NCBI RefSeq assembly: GCF_030028105.1
Contig: NC_092373.1
Span: 84,569,288 to 84,633,287, forward strand
Reading direction: 5' to 3'
DNA length: 64,000 nt
Source of the DNA: Mobula birostris
Taxonomy: Eukaryota
The first letter of the stretch is position 1. Every line of letters starts with the position of its first letter. The notes below the pieces were generated by a model. The model ran no database searches. It was not told the DNA's origin and was given only the letters and a program-made list of their open reading frames with translations. Below, one piece after another: positions 1 to 12,478 of the stretch. The translations under genes were made by a program, and so were the position numbers.

Positions 1-169
1 TCTCGGAGGGAAGAGGGATGAAAAGTGTGTTGACCAGCACTCATTCTTCTGAGTGCTCTGTCACTGAGTCCATGGTAAGTTTTTGGTAACTTCCCTGTGA
101 TGGGTATTAGAAAGTAAACAAATAAAACTACAGATGAAAGAAAAAGAAAAACAAATACTGGAAGAACTC

Positions 170-1410
170 ATCCCATTGTTGTTTGTCATCTATATCAATG
201 GTTTGATTAAGAATGTACAAGGCATGGTCAGTAAGTTTGCAGATGACACTAAAATAGGTGGTACAGTGAACAGAGAAGAAGATTATCAAAAATTACTTAT
301 TTATTGAGATACGGCACAGGGTATGCCCTTCCAGTCCTTCGAGCCTCACTGCCCAGCAATTCCCGATTTCACCCTAGCCCCAGGACAATTTACAATGACC
401 AATTAACCTTCCAACTAGTTGGTCTTTGGACTGTGGGAGGAAACTGGAGCACCCGGAGGAAACTCATGCAATCACTGGGAGAACATACAGCCTCCTTACA
501 GGCAGCAACAGGAATTGAAGCCGGGTCACTGGTACTGTAAAACGTTGTGCTAACCACTACACTACCTTGTTATAGGGCGATCTGGATCAGTTGAATAAGT
601 GGGCCAAGGATTGGCAAATGGAGTTTAGCTTGGAGAAGTATGAGGTACTGCAGTTTGGAAAGTCCAGGAACAACTTTCACAGTGAACAACAGGACCTAGA
701 AAGTGTTGTAGAAAAGAGAGACCCTATATCTTAGAGTACAAGTACATGGTTCACTGAATGTGGAGTCACAGGGAGACAGGATAAAGAAAGCTTTTGGTGT
801 GTTGGCTTTCATAAGTCAGGAATATGAGTATAACAGTTGGTGTGGAGGTCATGGTGGGGATGTACAAGACTCTAGTGAGGTTGCATTTGGAGTATTGTGT
901 TCAGTTTTAGTCTCCATGCTAAAGAAAGGATGTTATTAAACTGGAAAGGGCGCAGAAAAGATTGACAAGACTGCTGCCAAAACTTGAGGAACTGAGTCAT
1001 AAGGAGAGGTCGGACTGGCTCAGGCTCAATTCCTTGGAGTGTAGGAGACCTGAGAGGTGATTTTATAGAGATGTAGAAAACCATAGGCAGGATAAGTACG
1101 TTCGGTCTTTTTCCCAGGGTTGGAGTATCAGGAACTAGAGGACACAGGTTCAAAGTGATAGGGGAAGGATTTAAGAGGAACTTGAGGGGAAACTTTTTTT
1201 ACACAAAGAGTGGTATCTACGTGGAATCAGCTGTCAGAGAAAGGTACAATAACAACTTTTAAAAGACAGTTGGACAAGTACATGGATAGGAAAGGTTTAG
1301 AAGATAATGGGCCAAGTGCTAGTAGATGGGAATAGACTGAATGGAGCATCTTGGTCAGCATGACCAATGGGCCAAAAGGCCTGTTTCTGTGCTGTATGAC
1401 CCTATGACTT
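170..1410 (+). mobile_element. CR1-clade LINE 3' fragment, interrupted by a SINE
   Basis: SKFADDTKIGG-like RT end, LVRxHLEYCVQF-like and LRGDxIE-like motifs in broken frames, and a CR1 3' tail (ggcctgtttctgtgctgtatgac). Confidence 0.85.
302..570 (-). mobile_element. tRNA-derived SINE (V-SINE/HE1-like)
   Basis: The reverse strand starts with an A-box (TAGTGTAGTGG) and a B-box-like GGCTTCAATTCC. The core tgtgggaggaaac.ggagcacccggaggaaac is shared with copies at about 46.0 and 47.9 kb. Confidence 0.8.
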
Positions 1411-2149
1411 ATTACTCAAGCAGCACCTGTGGAAAGAGGAACCAGATCAAAGACCTTTCATCAGAACGGATACAGTACTCAATATACCAGTTTGCACTGA
1501 CTTCATTTCTTATTTCCTCCCTTCTTATCTAACGCTGCAGCATTTGCAATAGTCAAATCCAATGCTGCAACTCCCAAGTTAGGGCTTGGAAAAAATTGAC
1601 CAATGCATCTGCATTATCTTCTAGTAAATAGATCAAATAACTTCTGGAAAATGAGTGTAAGAATTTCTGGAGAGGGTGATAATTGAGAGACCAGGGAGAA
1701 TGTCTTGTGGTGGGGTGCTGAGTAAGTAGTCAAGATAGCAATTACTTTAAAAACTGGCAGGTGGGGACAGAAATGAAGAAGAAACATTAAGATATACTTA
1801 CTTCAGTGGAGAGACCAGAATAAAGGAGAGGTTACACAAAATTGTTAAAGTCACTCTTAAGTCTTGAGAGCTTCAATGTACTCAGACAAAAAGTGAGGCG
1901 CTGTTCCATGACCTTCTGTTGGACGTTGTTGGAGTAATGTGTAAGGTCAAAGTTAGAGTGGCCAGGATGGGAATAGGGCAGAGAATTAAAGCAGCAAGCG
2001 ATGGGCAGTTTAGGATTATCTATGTGGTCTGAATGATATTCTGCAACATGGTCATCCATCCATGTTGTTTTTTTCTTATTAGAGTTTTTAGTCCAAACCA
2101 TTAGATTGGAAGAAGTGCAAATGTACTTGGAAGGTCTGTTTGGGTTACA

Positions 2150-2850
2150 CTAAATTGGAAGAAGTGCAGTAGACTCCTCGAGGGTGAGGTACATTTCTCT
2201 GAAAGGTTTGTGATGAATGTACTCCTTTGATGTTAACAAGAGGATGATGATACGTGGTATCATTGTGAAGTACTCCCTTTTTACCATTCAGGAAAGGGGA
2301 TGTACTTATCATGGCTCCCTGGCCTGCTGTCCCCTCTCCACCAACATTGTCTATTTTACATCAACTTCCCATGCAAACGCGGGGAATGCAACCCCTCTTC
2401 CCATCCTGCCATCCAGAATATTGCACGGATTGATGATGGACATGCTCTTTATCATCAGATTTGGTTTTGGGGAGGGAATTAGGACTTGGATCCAATAACT
2501 CAACATGGGCATCAGTAGTGCCATCCAAATTAATGGAGGAGAAACAGAGGGCTTCCCCATCACCTGGAGTCAGGCTTGCTGCCCAGTCTCTTGTGCCTTG
2601 TCCCTGTATTGTATCAAGCCTTTTACCAAATCCAGCAGAAAGGACATAGGTAATGATGCCAGGCATTCGGGACATTCAGGACAAGGCCTCAGTGAACATG
2701 AGTGACGTCAGTGTCTTCTGTTTGGACCCACAACCTGTCAATGCCTTGCAGATGCATTGTTAAAGGAGGAAGCAAGACATGCCCTGACACATTGTAAGAT
2801 AATATATTAAACTGATGCTACAATGAATGCAGAAAGTAATGCTCCAAATG
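2150..2850 (+). mobile_element. Decayed Tx1-clade LINE RT fragment
   Basis: Broken frames give GFGEGIRTWIQ, INGGETEGFPI..GVR..CP, CIKPFTKSSRKD and a degenerate YMDDVSVF. Confidence 0.65.
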
Positions 2851-3771
2851 AATTTGCTGTATATATTATGAATGAAGTGTATTTTTGATATAAAAAGGTG
2901 TAATGTTAAATGCATCTCATCATCCATCAATTAAATATTTCCCTCCAGTGTCCCCTGCTTTTGAAGTGCTTTGAGCTCCTGTACCCAGTTTTCCACACCA
3001 GGAAATTGCTGCAGCTCTTGGCGTTAAATGGTCATCTTTTGAGATTGCTTACAGAAGGTGTTTCTGAAATTACAAAACTGTAATTGAAAATTGATTGTTC
3101 AAGTTCATATCCTGTCCATTATGAATATGTCCTAAACCAAATAACGTACATACAGAGGCTGGTCTGAGAAAACAGAACATGTTCACTTGAATTGGTCATG
3201 CACAGTATGTGTGAACTGAAGCGTCAAATCAAATAGTTAGTCAAAGGTAATAATGGACAGGGATACAAAAGCAGTAAGTTGAACTGAGGTTCTGCTGAAA
3301 TCTCATCTCATTTGAAAGTGAAGCCTAGTGCAGTACTCACAACATTTCTGTGAGGATTGTGGTCAATGTTATTCATATGAAGAAGGTAGTGTTTTGTACC
3401 CAGATGGAATGCGACTGAGTGGCACTGCGAAAAATCTGAATCTCTGCTTTTTTCAGCTTCTACGAACTGACTTTTAAGCACGTTGCTTGGGAAACTAACC
3501 GAGAAATGTTTCAAAATTAGGTTGGTGCCTCATGCAGAATGTGCATGGTTTCTGCAATTTTCTTTGGAAGTATTTACTTTTTTTTGGTGTTCAAGGAACT
3601 TACAGGTGTAACTGATATCTGGCAGTTGGCATACCTGCAGAAAATATTCAGGTAAAGACTTGGCTACAGTCAGAACTTTAAAATAAGTGAAAGACGCTGA
3701 AAACCATTGGAATTCTGGATACAAGCAAGCACAAATCTTTGGAACTGTGAACTTACATTAATCTGCACAAA

Positions 3772-4827
3772 ATGAATATATCTAAATGTGAAAATTGTGA
3801 TGCTTCCAATGTGATGTCTCTTCTGGCGGAAGAAGTGGCTACAGTGCAGTACTCCATAAATGTGTCCCACACTGCAGAACTCCGTGCCTTACGTAACCTG
3901 GCCCAGAAATCATTTCTTACTATGTCTCAGCAGGGAATGAATGGTTTGGACATTCTTCTTGTAATCTGTCTTTTTGCCTCACTGCTGGCCACTCCCTTGG
4001 TCCTGACGGCCATCTTTTCAAACAGCAGTCTTCGTCGGGAGACCAGGTACCTTCTGCTTGCCAACACTATGACGAATGATTTAATCTATTCAATACTGAA
4101 CACCTTTGTTGCTATCCTTAATACAGTGAGAGCTGCAATGCCCAAAGTAGTTTGTGAATTTATCTTGTTCCTGTTAACTGTGGCATATTCGAATGGAATT
4201 CTAACAATCACTGCTATGGTGGTGGACACTTATGTGGCCATTGGCTGGCCTCTTCACTATCCGCTACTTTTATCCCGTTCTAGAGCAATCAAGATCATTG
4301 CTTGCATATGAGTTATCTCTGTCAGCCTTTCTTCTATCTTGCTCATAATAATGCTGTGGACACAGGACGATCCATTTTCCTTGTTCACAGTGTGTGTGGC
4401 ACCCTTGGTGCTTTTGTCTTCTCCATTTGGAACATTTTTGTTAAAATGTTCATTTGGCATTGTATTTCTTTATTTTCTAACATGCATAGTACTAATATCA
4501 AGTTTCTATATATTGTTATACTGCAAAACAAAGACATTGGGGATATGGGTGAACAACTCAAGGGTAAAACAGACCTATCTCATCCATTCAATGCTGTTAC
4601 TTCTTTATTTCTCTCCTCTGGCTGTGCTGGTAGTCGGGGTAGTGATTTATGGAATGCACCCAGCTGAGACCCAGGAAGCAATCTGGATCATTGTGTCAGT
4701 AAATGATATTCTGATGTTACCAAAGGCCGTGAGCCCCTATGTTTACGGGCTGAGATATCGAGAGATTACAAACATAATCCAATCATTCTTCACTCTGAAG
4801 TCAAAAACTCAAGTAAGGCCACTGTGA
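3772..4827 (+). pseudogene. gpr148: GPR148-like 7TM class A GPCR, copy A; full-length frame interrupted by one in-frame TGA (4309-4311)
   Basis: ORFs 3772-4311 and 4339-4827 are in the same frame and join as ...KIIACI*VISVSLSSILLIIMLW.... Motifs RRETRYLLLAN, VVDTYVAIGWPLHY, KTKTLGIW, SRVKQTYLIHS and MLPKAVSPYVYGLRYRE match GPR148 as I recall it (human RQEPHYLLPAN, LHTYLAVIHPLRY, KTSGIW, SRARGTLLIHS, MMLPRAMLTYLYLLRYRQ). No frameshift. Confidence 0.85.
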
Positions 4828-7424
4828 AGTAATTTGAGCAGAAAGGTTTGTAGCTGCGATGCACTTGGTTTTTCCTTTGTCCTCCTTATGTTACCCTGAT
4901 CAGGGTTTTGCACAAGTAATGCCCACTCTGCATTGTATAATGCACAGTACTTGGACCATGGCAGAGGCTGTCTGACGGATGCCCTAGAATCTAGAGTAGA
5001 GACAGGCTAGTCAGCTCGCCAGGTTTATCATCGTGGCACCCACACCTCAAAAGTGTCTAAGTTATTATTGTGCAATTAAATCTTCAAATATTTAAAATTA
5101 AAAACACAATCGTTACATTGCCCAATCAGTACTTCTGATTTCTGACAGCTTCTCTTTTGAGTTGTAGTCCCTTTAAGTTAAAGGTCTACGGCAGATAGTT
5201 TTGAAAATCAGATTGCGATGGACAGCTATCGCCCACACTGGAGTCCATTCATTACAACAGGAACAGCCTGTTGTGAAGTATCAGTATCTGAGCAGGGAGG
5301 CGCAACTTTCAACATTCACCTGCATGTTTTGGTGGTTGAATCTCTGTAACTAGATGCTGAAGAGACTCATTGTGTTGGGGAGCTGCTTGGTGTTTCTGAA
5401 GCGTTTGCAAAGTTTTGGGTGAGGAACAGCCATTGTTTATTTTTATATGGGATGACATTCACATTGGGGAAGGTGAGTGTTTTTCAGAGGAGCTTAAACC
5501 TTAGATATGCAATGAATGAAAGAGCATTTCCTTTAGGGGTGAAAAGTTAAGTCTGTGTCTCCCCAGTAGAAATAAAGTCTGCATCCCAAATTGCAGCCAC
5601 TTATCCTGGGGTCTTATAATGGCAGCCAAATTGTCTGTTTGAATCGGGAGACATTATTGTTGAATGCAAATCAATACTCCTACTATGTATGTACTAAGTG
5701 GACTGTGATCCATTGAAACAGACTCAGTGAAAACCTCTTAGAATCACAGGAGATACTCACTATGGTAAATGGAGCATACCTCTACAGGAATAAAGTGTAC
5801 AGCATTAACTCAGGCTCTGTGTCCCCAAGATTATGCTCGCCTAACATGCTTAGACTATGGGGAACATGTTTGCAATAGAATATTATTAAAGCCCAGCCTG
5901 CAAAATAGATTTAAAACCAAATGCTGAGAATAAAATCTTGAGCAGCTTAGATAGCATCGGTGGGAAAAGAAACTACTAATATTTCAAGTCCAGGAGTTTT
6001 CATTAAAACTGTTGAATTCACTGTCACTTTCCTCCTGTGATGGCAGTGTTGAAGAAGTTATACTCTGTTCTCCAGCAGTAGTTCCGATTTCCTGTTTTTG
6101 TTTTTATTTCAGATTTTCAACACTTGGAGCTAGAGTGATCTCCATTTATTGCAAATTCGACTCCTGACAAGAAGGCAAAAGGGCGGGGGGGGGTGTGGGT
6201 GGGTGCAGATGCTGGAACAGATTCTTAGCAGGACTGTGCAAGACTATAGCAGATAACCTTCCTGTTATCTCTTTGTCTCTCTTTCTCTCATTGATTTTGT
6301 TCGAGAACTTTGTTTTCCTGTCTTGAGATTTTTAGTCCAATTCCATGCTCTTCTTATGTTTGTGGCTTTGTTTCCTGTTGTTGGGAGTAAACTCTCTGCA
6401 ATGCTCATCAAAATGACAACTATATGCTCAGGGAAAGCCTGCCTCAGTCCATTCCTTCAGCAAGGAATGTGCAGTTAGAATCAGAATCAGGTTTAATATC
6501 ACTGGCAAAAGTCGTGAAATTTTTTGCACTGCGGCAGTAATACATTGCAATACATAATAATAAAAAGCTATAAATTACAGTGGTGTGTATATTTGTGTAT
6601 ATATAAATATGATGGTGCTGGCTGAGTTTGCAACTTTCTGCAGCTCTTTCTGATCCTGTGCAGTCTGCCATAAATTACAGACTGCACCTGCTCCTCTTCC
6701 CAACAGAATTTTGAAAATAGAAACAAAACAATAAAAATGATTCACAATTGTTCATAGTATTCTATTTTTCCCTATCAAGGTTTCTTTGTTGTGCGAATGG
6801 TTAGTCATCAAACATTCCGTTCTTAATCAGTATGTGTCCGCGTGGTAGGCAAACAATTGTAGTCATCAGGCTATCATGAGTGTGATTTTTGTAATATGAA
6901 GCAAGAAGTGCCCAGAACAAACTTTAACAACTTGCGTGAAGTTTAAAACAGAACTGTAATTCATTCCAGGTTATTTCCTGGGTGATTTATGAGCAAAGTC
7001 ATTGAAAGCTACAGGGTAGTATTTACAGATAAAGAACAGCTTGAGGATGAACTGTGGGCACGAATGATCATGTGTACAATGTCAAACAGAAGTATTTATG
7101 AATAGATATAATCAATTATGTGAAATATATGTAAGGTAGAGAAAACAGAGATCATTTGTACAACAGTTTAAAGTTTTTTACATATCTTTAATTTCAGAGA
7201 ATGTCTTATTGTTTATTATTTGTAGTGTTTGTACACATTATTTTATATGTTGTATGATTTTTTTAATAAATGTTTCAGAAGAACTCTGGGCTGTGGTGAT
7301 CTGTGAGCCTTGACTAGGATTTTTTTTTAACTTGGATAAATTCAGGTTGAACCCAGTGGACAGGTATGAAACCACCTACAGTACGGAGCACGATCTGGAA
7401 CTCAGTAAATCTGAATGGTTGCTC

Positions 7425-8640
7425 ATCAGAATCAGGTTTATTATCACTGCCATGTGTCGCGAAATCTGTTAGCTTAGCAGCAGCAGTTCAATGTAATATA
7501 TAATATAGAAGAAGAAAAAGAATAAAATAATAATAATAAATAAGTAAATCAATTACAGTATATGTGTATTGAATAGATTAAAATCATGCAAAAAAACACA
7601 AATAATATATATTAAAATAGTGAGGTAGTGTTCACGGGTTCAATATCTATTTAGGAATTGGATGGCGGAGGGGAAGAAGCTGTTCTTGAATCACTGAGTG
7701 TGTGCCTTCAGGCTTCTGTATCTCCTGCCTGATGGTAACAGTGAGAAAAGGGCATGCCCTGGGTGCTGGGGGTCCTTAATAATGGATGCTGCCTTTCTGA
7801 GACACCGCTCCTTGAAGATGTCTTGGGTACTTTGTAGGCTACTGCCCAAGATGGAGCTGACTAGATTTACAACCTTCTGCAGCTTCTTTCGGTCCTGCGC
7901 AGTAGCCCCCCCCCCCCCCCCCCCATACCAGACAGTGATGCAGAATGCTCTCCACGGTACATCTATAAAAGTTGTTGAATGTTTTTGTTACCATACCAAA
8001 TCTCTTCAAACTCCTAATGAAGTATAGACGCTGTCTTGCCTTCTTTAAAACTGCATTGATATGTTGGGACCAGAGATCTTGACACCCAGGAACATGAAAC
8101 TGCTCACTCTCTCCACCTCTGATCCCTCTATGTGGATTGGTACGTGTTCCTTCGTCTTGCCCTTCCTGAAGTCCACAATCAGCTCTTTCATCTTACTGAC
8201 ATTGAGTGCCAGGTTGTTGCTGCAACACCACTCCACCAGTTGGCATATCTCACTCCTGTACACCCTCTCGTCTCCATCTGAGATTCTACCAACAATCATC
8301 AGCAAATTTATAGATGGAATTTGAGCTATGCCTAGTCACACATTCATGGGTATATAGAGAGTAGAGCAGTGGGCTAAGCACACACCCCTGAGGTGCACCA
8401 GTGTTGATTGTCAGTGAGGAGGAGATATTATCATTAATCCACACAGATTGTGGTCTTCCGGTTAGGAAGTTGAGGATCCAATTGCAGAGGGAGGTGCAGA
8501 GGGAGGTACAGAGGCCCGGTTTCTGTAACTTCTCCATCAGGATTGTGGGAATGATGGTATTAAATGCTGAGCTATAGTCGGTGAACAGCATCCTGACGCA
8601 GGTGTTTGTGTTGTCCAGGTGGTCTAAGGCTGCGTGAAGG
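7425..8640 (-). mobile_element. Rex1/Babar-like LINE, 5'-truncated
   Basis: [29 protein letters not shown] and NNLALNVSKMKELIVDFR motifs; 3' tail (tctgat)n. Confidence 0.88.
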
Positions 8641-8945
8641 CCGCATTGAACTCATTCTGAGCTATAGACTTTTGACAAGTGGAGCCCACTGCCTGGATTC
8701 CCCACTTGGAATCCCCGTTCCCCCGCATTTACCTGAATCAGATCTGAAAGTTTGAACGTGCAGGCTGAAGGCATCCCGAACATGTCCTGTGGTGCCAGAA
8801 GTTCGTGTCGAGTTCAATTACAGAATGCACTGACAAAGTTTCAGGCTCTGATCTGTCACCAGCTTTGCGATTTCGTCTCTGTATACACAGTATATGAAGA
8901 TCAAAGCACATTGGAGCACTGTGCTTAATTATTTCAATTGCTTTA

Positions 8946-9515
8946 AGAACATAAGACATAGGAGCAGTATATGGCCATTTTGCCCATTGAGTCTGCTCTG
9001 CTATCATGGCAGATTTATTATCCCTCTCAACCCCATTCTCCTGCCTTCTCCCCGTAACCTTCGACATCCTAACAAATCAAGAACCTATCAATCTCCCATT
9101 TAAGTATACCCAAATGACTTGGCCTCCAGAGCCCTCTGTGACAAGAATTACTCAATTTTATCACCCCCTGTCTTACGAAATTCCTCCTCACCTCTGTTCC
9201 AAATGGACACCCCTCTATTCTGAGGCTGGTATTGGAGTCCTCCACTATAGAAAACATCCTCTCCACATCCACTCCATCTAGGCCTTTCAATATTCAATAG
9301 GTTTCAATGAGATTCCCTCTCATTCTTCTAAACTCCAGCAAATTCAGGCCCAGAACCATCAGGCACTCCTCATACATTAACCCTTTCATTCCTGGAATCA
9401 TTCTTGTGAACTTCCTCTAGACTCTCTCCAATGCCAACATAATACTCCATGTGGTCTGACCAATGCCTTATAAGGCTTCAGCATTATATCCTCGCTGTAA
9501 TGTTCTAGTCTTAAA
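8946..9515 (-). mobile_element. CR1 LINE 3' fragment
   Basis: KPYKALVRPH and MKGLDGVDVERMF motifs; tail aagaacataagacatagg. Confidence 0.85.
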
Positions 9516-10264
9516 CCATGGATACTCATAGATGGTGGATTACACAATCTTACTAAAAAATAATTGGTGATGAATTCATTTTCAGTAATTAATAAATAAA
9601 AGGCACTAGGCAACACAGGGCATCATGATTGTGTAGTGGTTAGCTAAATTAATGACTGAAATCCATTTAACAACTTAAACTACAAAGGATTCAAGTTTTT
9701 AATGTTTCTTTCCAGAGCTATTAAGTTGCTTTGTAATTCTTTCTTGCTAAATAGTTAATGAAGAATCCAGTTCCTAGTCGTGTATGAAAATGATTTATTG
9801 GTTACAAATAGGTCATCTGTATTCTGATGCAAAAACAAATAAATAATTGAATATAATGAAAATTATTTAGCATTTCAATTGCAAAGCATTGACAGACACT
9901 GTCACACAACTAAATGGGCAGTAAACATTAAACAGGTTATTTGAAGTATCAGCTTGAAAAATCAGCTTTAACAGATACTGAGCATAACCACCCAGTAATA
10001 ACCAAAAATGTGGCTATAGTTTGGGTAAACTGATTTAATATCAATTCCTTAAATTACAGACTCAAAGCTTTTAAGAACCAATTCATGAATGTGTGTGTGT
10101 GTGTCCATGTGTAAGATAGAGAGAGATGCACATATGTAAACAAAAGAGACATCTGCATCTGTGAGCGAGAGACTAACTGTGTGTGAGAGAGCTATGTGCA
10201 AGCGTCAATGAGAGGATTCCTCTGTCTCTTATATTTTGGTAATGGTTAAAAAAAATCCAAGAGG

Positions 10265-10662
10265 ACCACCACTTGTCGTGGTTTGGGGGTTTTTGTGCCT
10301 CAATGAACCAGAAAGCTATGTGTTGGCTGGAGTCAGGGCTTTACGTTTTGGCTCTTGGTAGAGTTGCCCATGCCAACAAGGTCAAAGGGTAGAGGGCAGA
10401 CTAAAAGTGGTCCACCCATCCTCTGGGTTTGGGGGTTCAGCTCAGGCTAACAACACTGACAGGTGAAACAAAATTGTTATGGAAACTATACGAAGAATCC
10501 TTCTGCATATGAGTGCAATGGTGTTCCTGAGTCTCCACCAGGGACTTGCATGACTGACAGTAGTAAAAACCGAAAGAAAGCTACTGACTCGATGAACACT
10601 GCCAGACATGGAGGACTGTCATTGCTGCCCTAAACACCAGCGGCATTACAGGCAGTAAGTAA
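10265..10662 (+). mobile_element. Short non-autonomous RTE-like element (5'UTR head joined to 3' tail)
   Basis: The head ccacttgtcgtgg...gtgcctcaatga...agctatg and the tail gctgccctaaacaccagc...cagtaagtaa resemble RTE-clade termini. No ORF between them. Confidence 0.55.
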
Positions 10663-10669
10663 CGGGAAA

Positions 10670-11370
10670 GAAAAGGCAATCACCTAAACGAGTGAAGTGT
10701 GGAAGAACCTTAGCGTTCTAGTGCATGAATCACAAAAACGTCGCCGGCAGGTCCAACAAATAGTTAAGAAGGCATTTTGGCCTTTATTGCCAATGGACTG
10801 GAGTTTACGAACAGGGAGGTTTTGTTACAGTTGAATATGGTGTTGGTAAGCCTGCACCTGGAATACTATGCACATCTCTGGCCCTCTTAAATAAAAAAGG
10901 ACATAGTAACATTGGAGGCATTTTTCAAAGGAGATTCACCAGACTAATTCCCGGGATGAAAAGGTGTTCATATCATGAGACAGTTTCAGCCTTTATTCCT
11001 GGGAGTTTAAGAAATGATGATGATCTTATTGAAGCACACATGATTCTAAGCAGGCTAGACAGGTAGCTGTTGGGTTGATTCCACGAGTGGGACAGATACA
11101 AACAAGATATCATACTGACAAAATAAGGGAATGGTCATATAAAATTGAGGTGCATAAAAATTTCATCTTTTAGGGAAAAGTGAATTTTTGGAATCATCTA
11201 CCACAGACAATGCCATGTCATAAAATATTTGAAATATCATGCAACTGAGGGTCAAGGGATAGTAGAGGAATTGAGGCCAGCATACTCAGCCATAGTAATA
11301 TTGAATGATGGGGCAGGGGTTGAAGAGTCGTGTGGCCTACTACTGCACCTATTTTCCTGTGTCTTTCTTG
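10670..11370 (+). mobile_element. Old CR1 LINE 3' fragment
   Basis: Degenerate LVxxHLEY and FTRLIPGM motifs; tail ggcctactactgcacctatttt. Confidence 0.75.
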
Positions 11371-11377
11371 TGAATGA

Positions 11378-11514
11378 NNNNNNNNNNNNNNNNNNNNNNN
11401 NNNNNNNNNNNNNNNNNNNNNNNNNNNNNNNNNNNNNNNNNNNNNNNNNNNNNNNNNNNNNNNNNNNNNNNNNNNNNNNNNNNNNNNNNNNNNNNNNNNN
11501 NNNNNNNNNNNNNN
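11378..11514. other. Assembly gap
   Basis: N run. Confidence 1.
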
Positions 11515-11773
11515 AGAAATCCAAGTGTGAGGGATACATATGTATGAAAGAGGTGCGCATGTATGAAACTGATGTGAATATGTGAAAGACACATGCGACA
11601 GCAAGAGAAATGTGCATGAGTTAGTGAGAGGGAAAGCTGTGCAAGTGAACGAGGCGAGCACATGTGTGTGAGAGTGTGTTTCAGTTGTGCTATGTTTCAT
11701 AACTCCCAAACTTTAAATTAATAGAAAGCAAAACACGGACCAGGATAATTTGTGTGTTTTAGTTTCGTTTTTA

Positions 11774-12288
11774 CGAGAGGCGATTGATAAGTTTGTGGCC
11801 TTAAGGTAGGAGGAGTCAATTTTAGAAAACCTAGCACATTTATTTTTCAATATAGTCCCCTCCTACATATACGCACTTAGTCTAACGGTCATGGAGCATA
11901 CGGATTCCTTCTTTGTTGAAGCTGGTGTCTCGGACCTCCAGAAAGTGGGCCACAGCAGGGGTGATTGATAAGTTTGTGGCCTAAGGTAGAAGGAGATAAG
12001 TTATACAGCTCTCGTTACATGCACGTGCAGTTCAACTCTTTGAGTGATTATGCAGAAAGTTTGAAGTTAATAACTCACCTGCTTCTACCTTAGGCCATGA
12101 ACTTATCAATCATCCCTGCTGTGGGCACTTTCTGGCGGTCCAAGACGCCAACTTCTACAAAGACCGCTCCACGACCGCTGGACGAAGTGTGTAAATGTAG
12201 GAGGGGACTATGTTGAAAAATAAATGTGTTAGGTTTCCTAAAATTGACTGCTTCTACCTTAGGCGACGAACCTATTAATCATCCCTCG
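11774..12288. mobile_element. Mariner-type palindromic MITE inserted in the left LTR
   Basis: TA|CGAGAGGCGATTGATAAG ... CTATTAATCATCCCTCG|TA with a TA TSD; long inverted arms. Confidence 0.85.
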
Positions 12289-12478
12289 TACTTTAAGCAA
12301 GGCACACATGTATGACATGGTGGTGTGATGATGTATGCTATTTTTACATATAACACACAATGATTTATTTAAATAAACAAAGAATGCTTAATCAAACAAT
12401 ATGTTTACAATATTACTCAAATATTAAATACACAACACTCCTCCCTGCTTAGCTATAAACTCCAACTCAATAGAGAAT

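Noticed and set aside
302-570. tRNA gene
   Set aside because: The A/B boxes belong to a SINE head; there is no cloverleaf and multiple diverged copies occur in the window.
4965-5020. Possible SECIS (ctgac...aa...gtcag hairpin) in the 3'UTR of GPR148 copy A
   Set aside because: Starts CTGA rather than RTGA, and I could not build the GA quartet with an 11-13 bp upper helix. Not supported without SECISearch.
11218-11709. ORFs of 100-160 aa
   Set aside because: They span an assembly gap and low-complexity TG/AG sequence.
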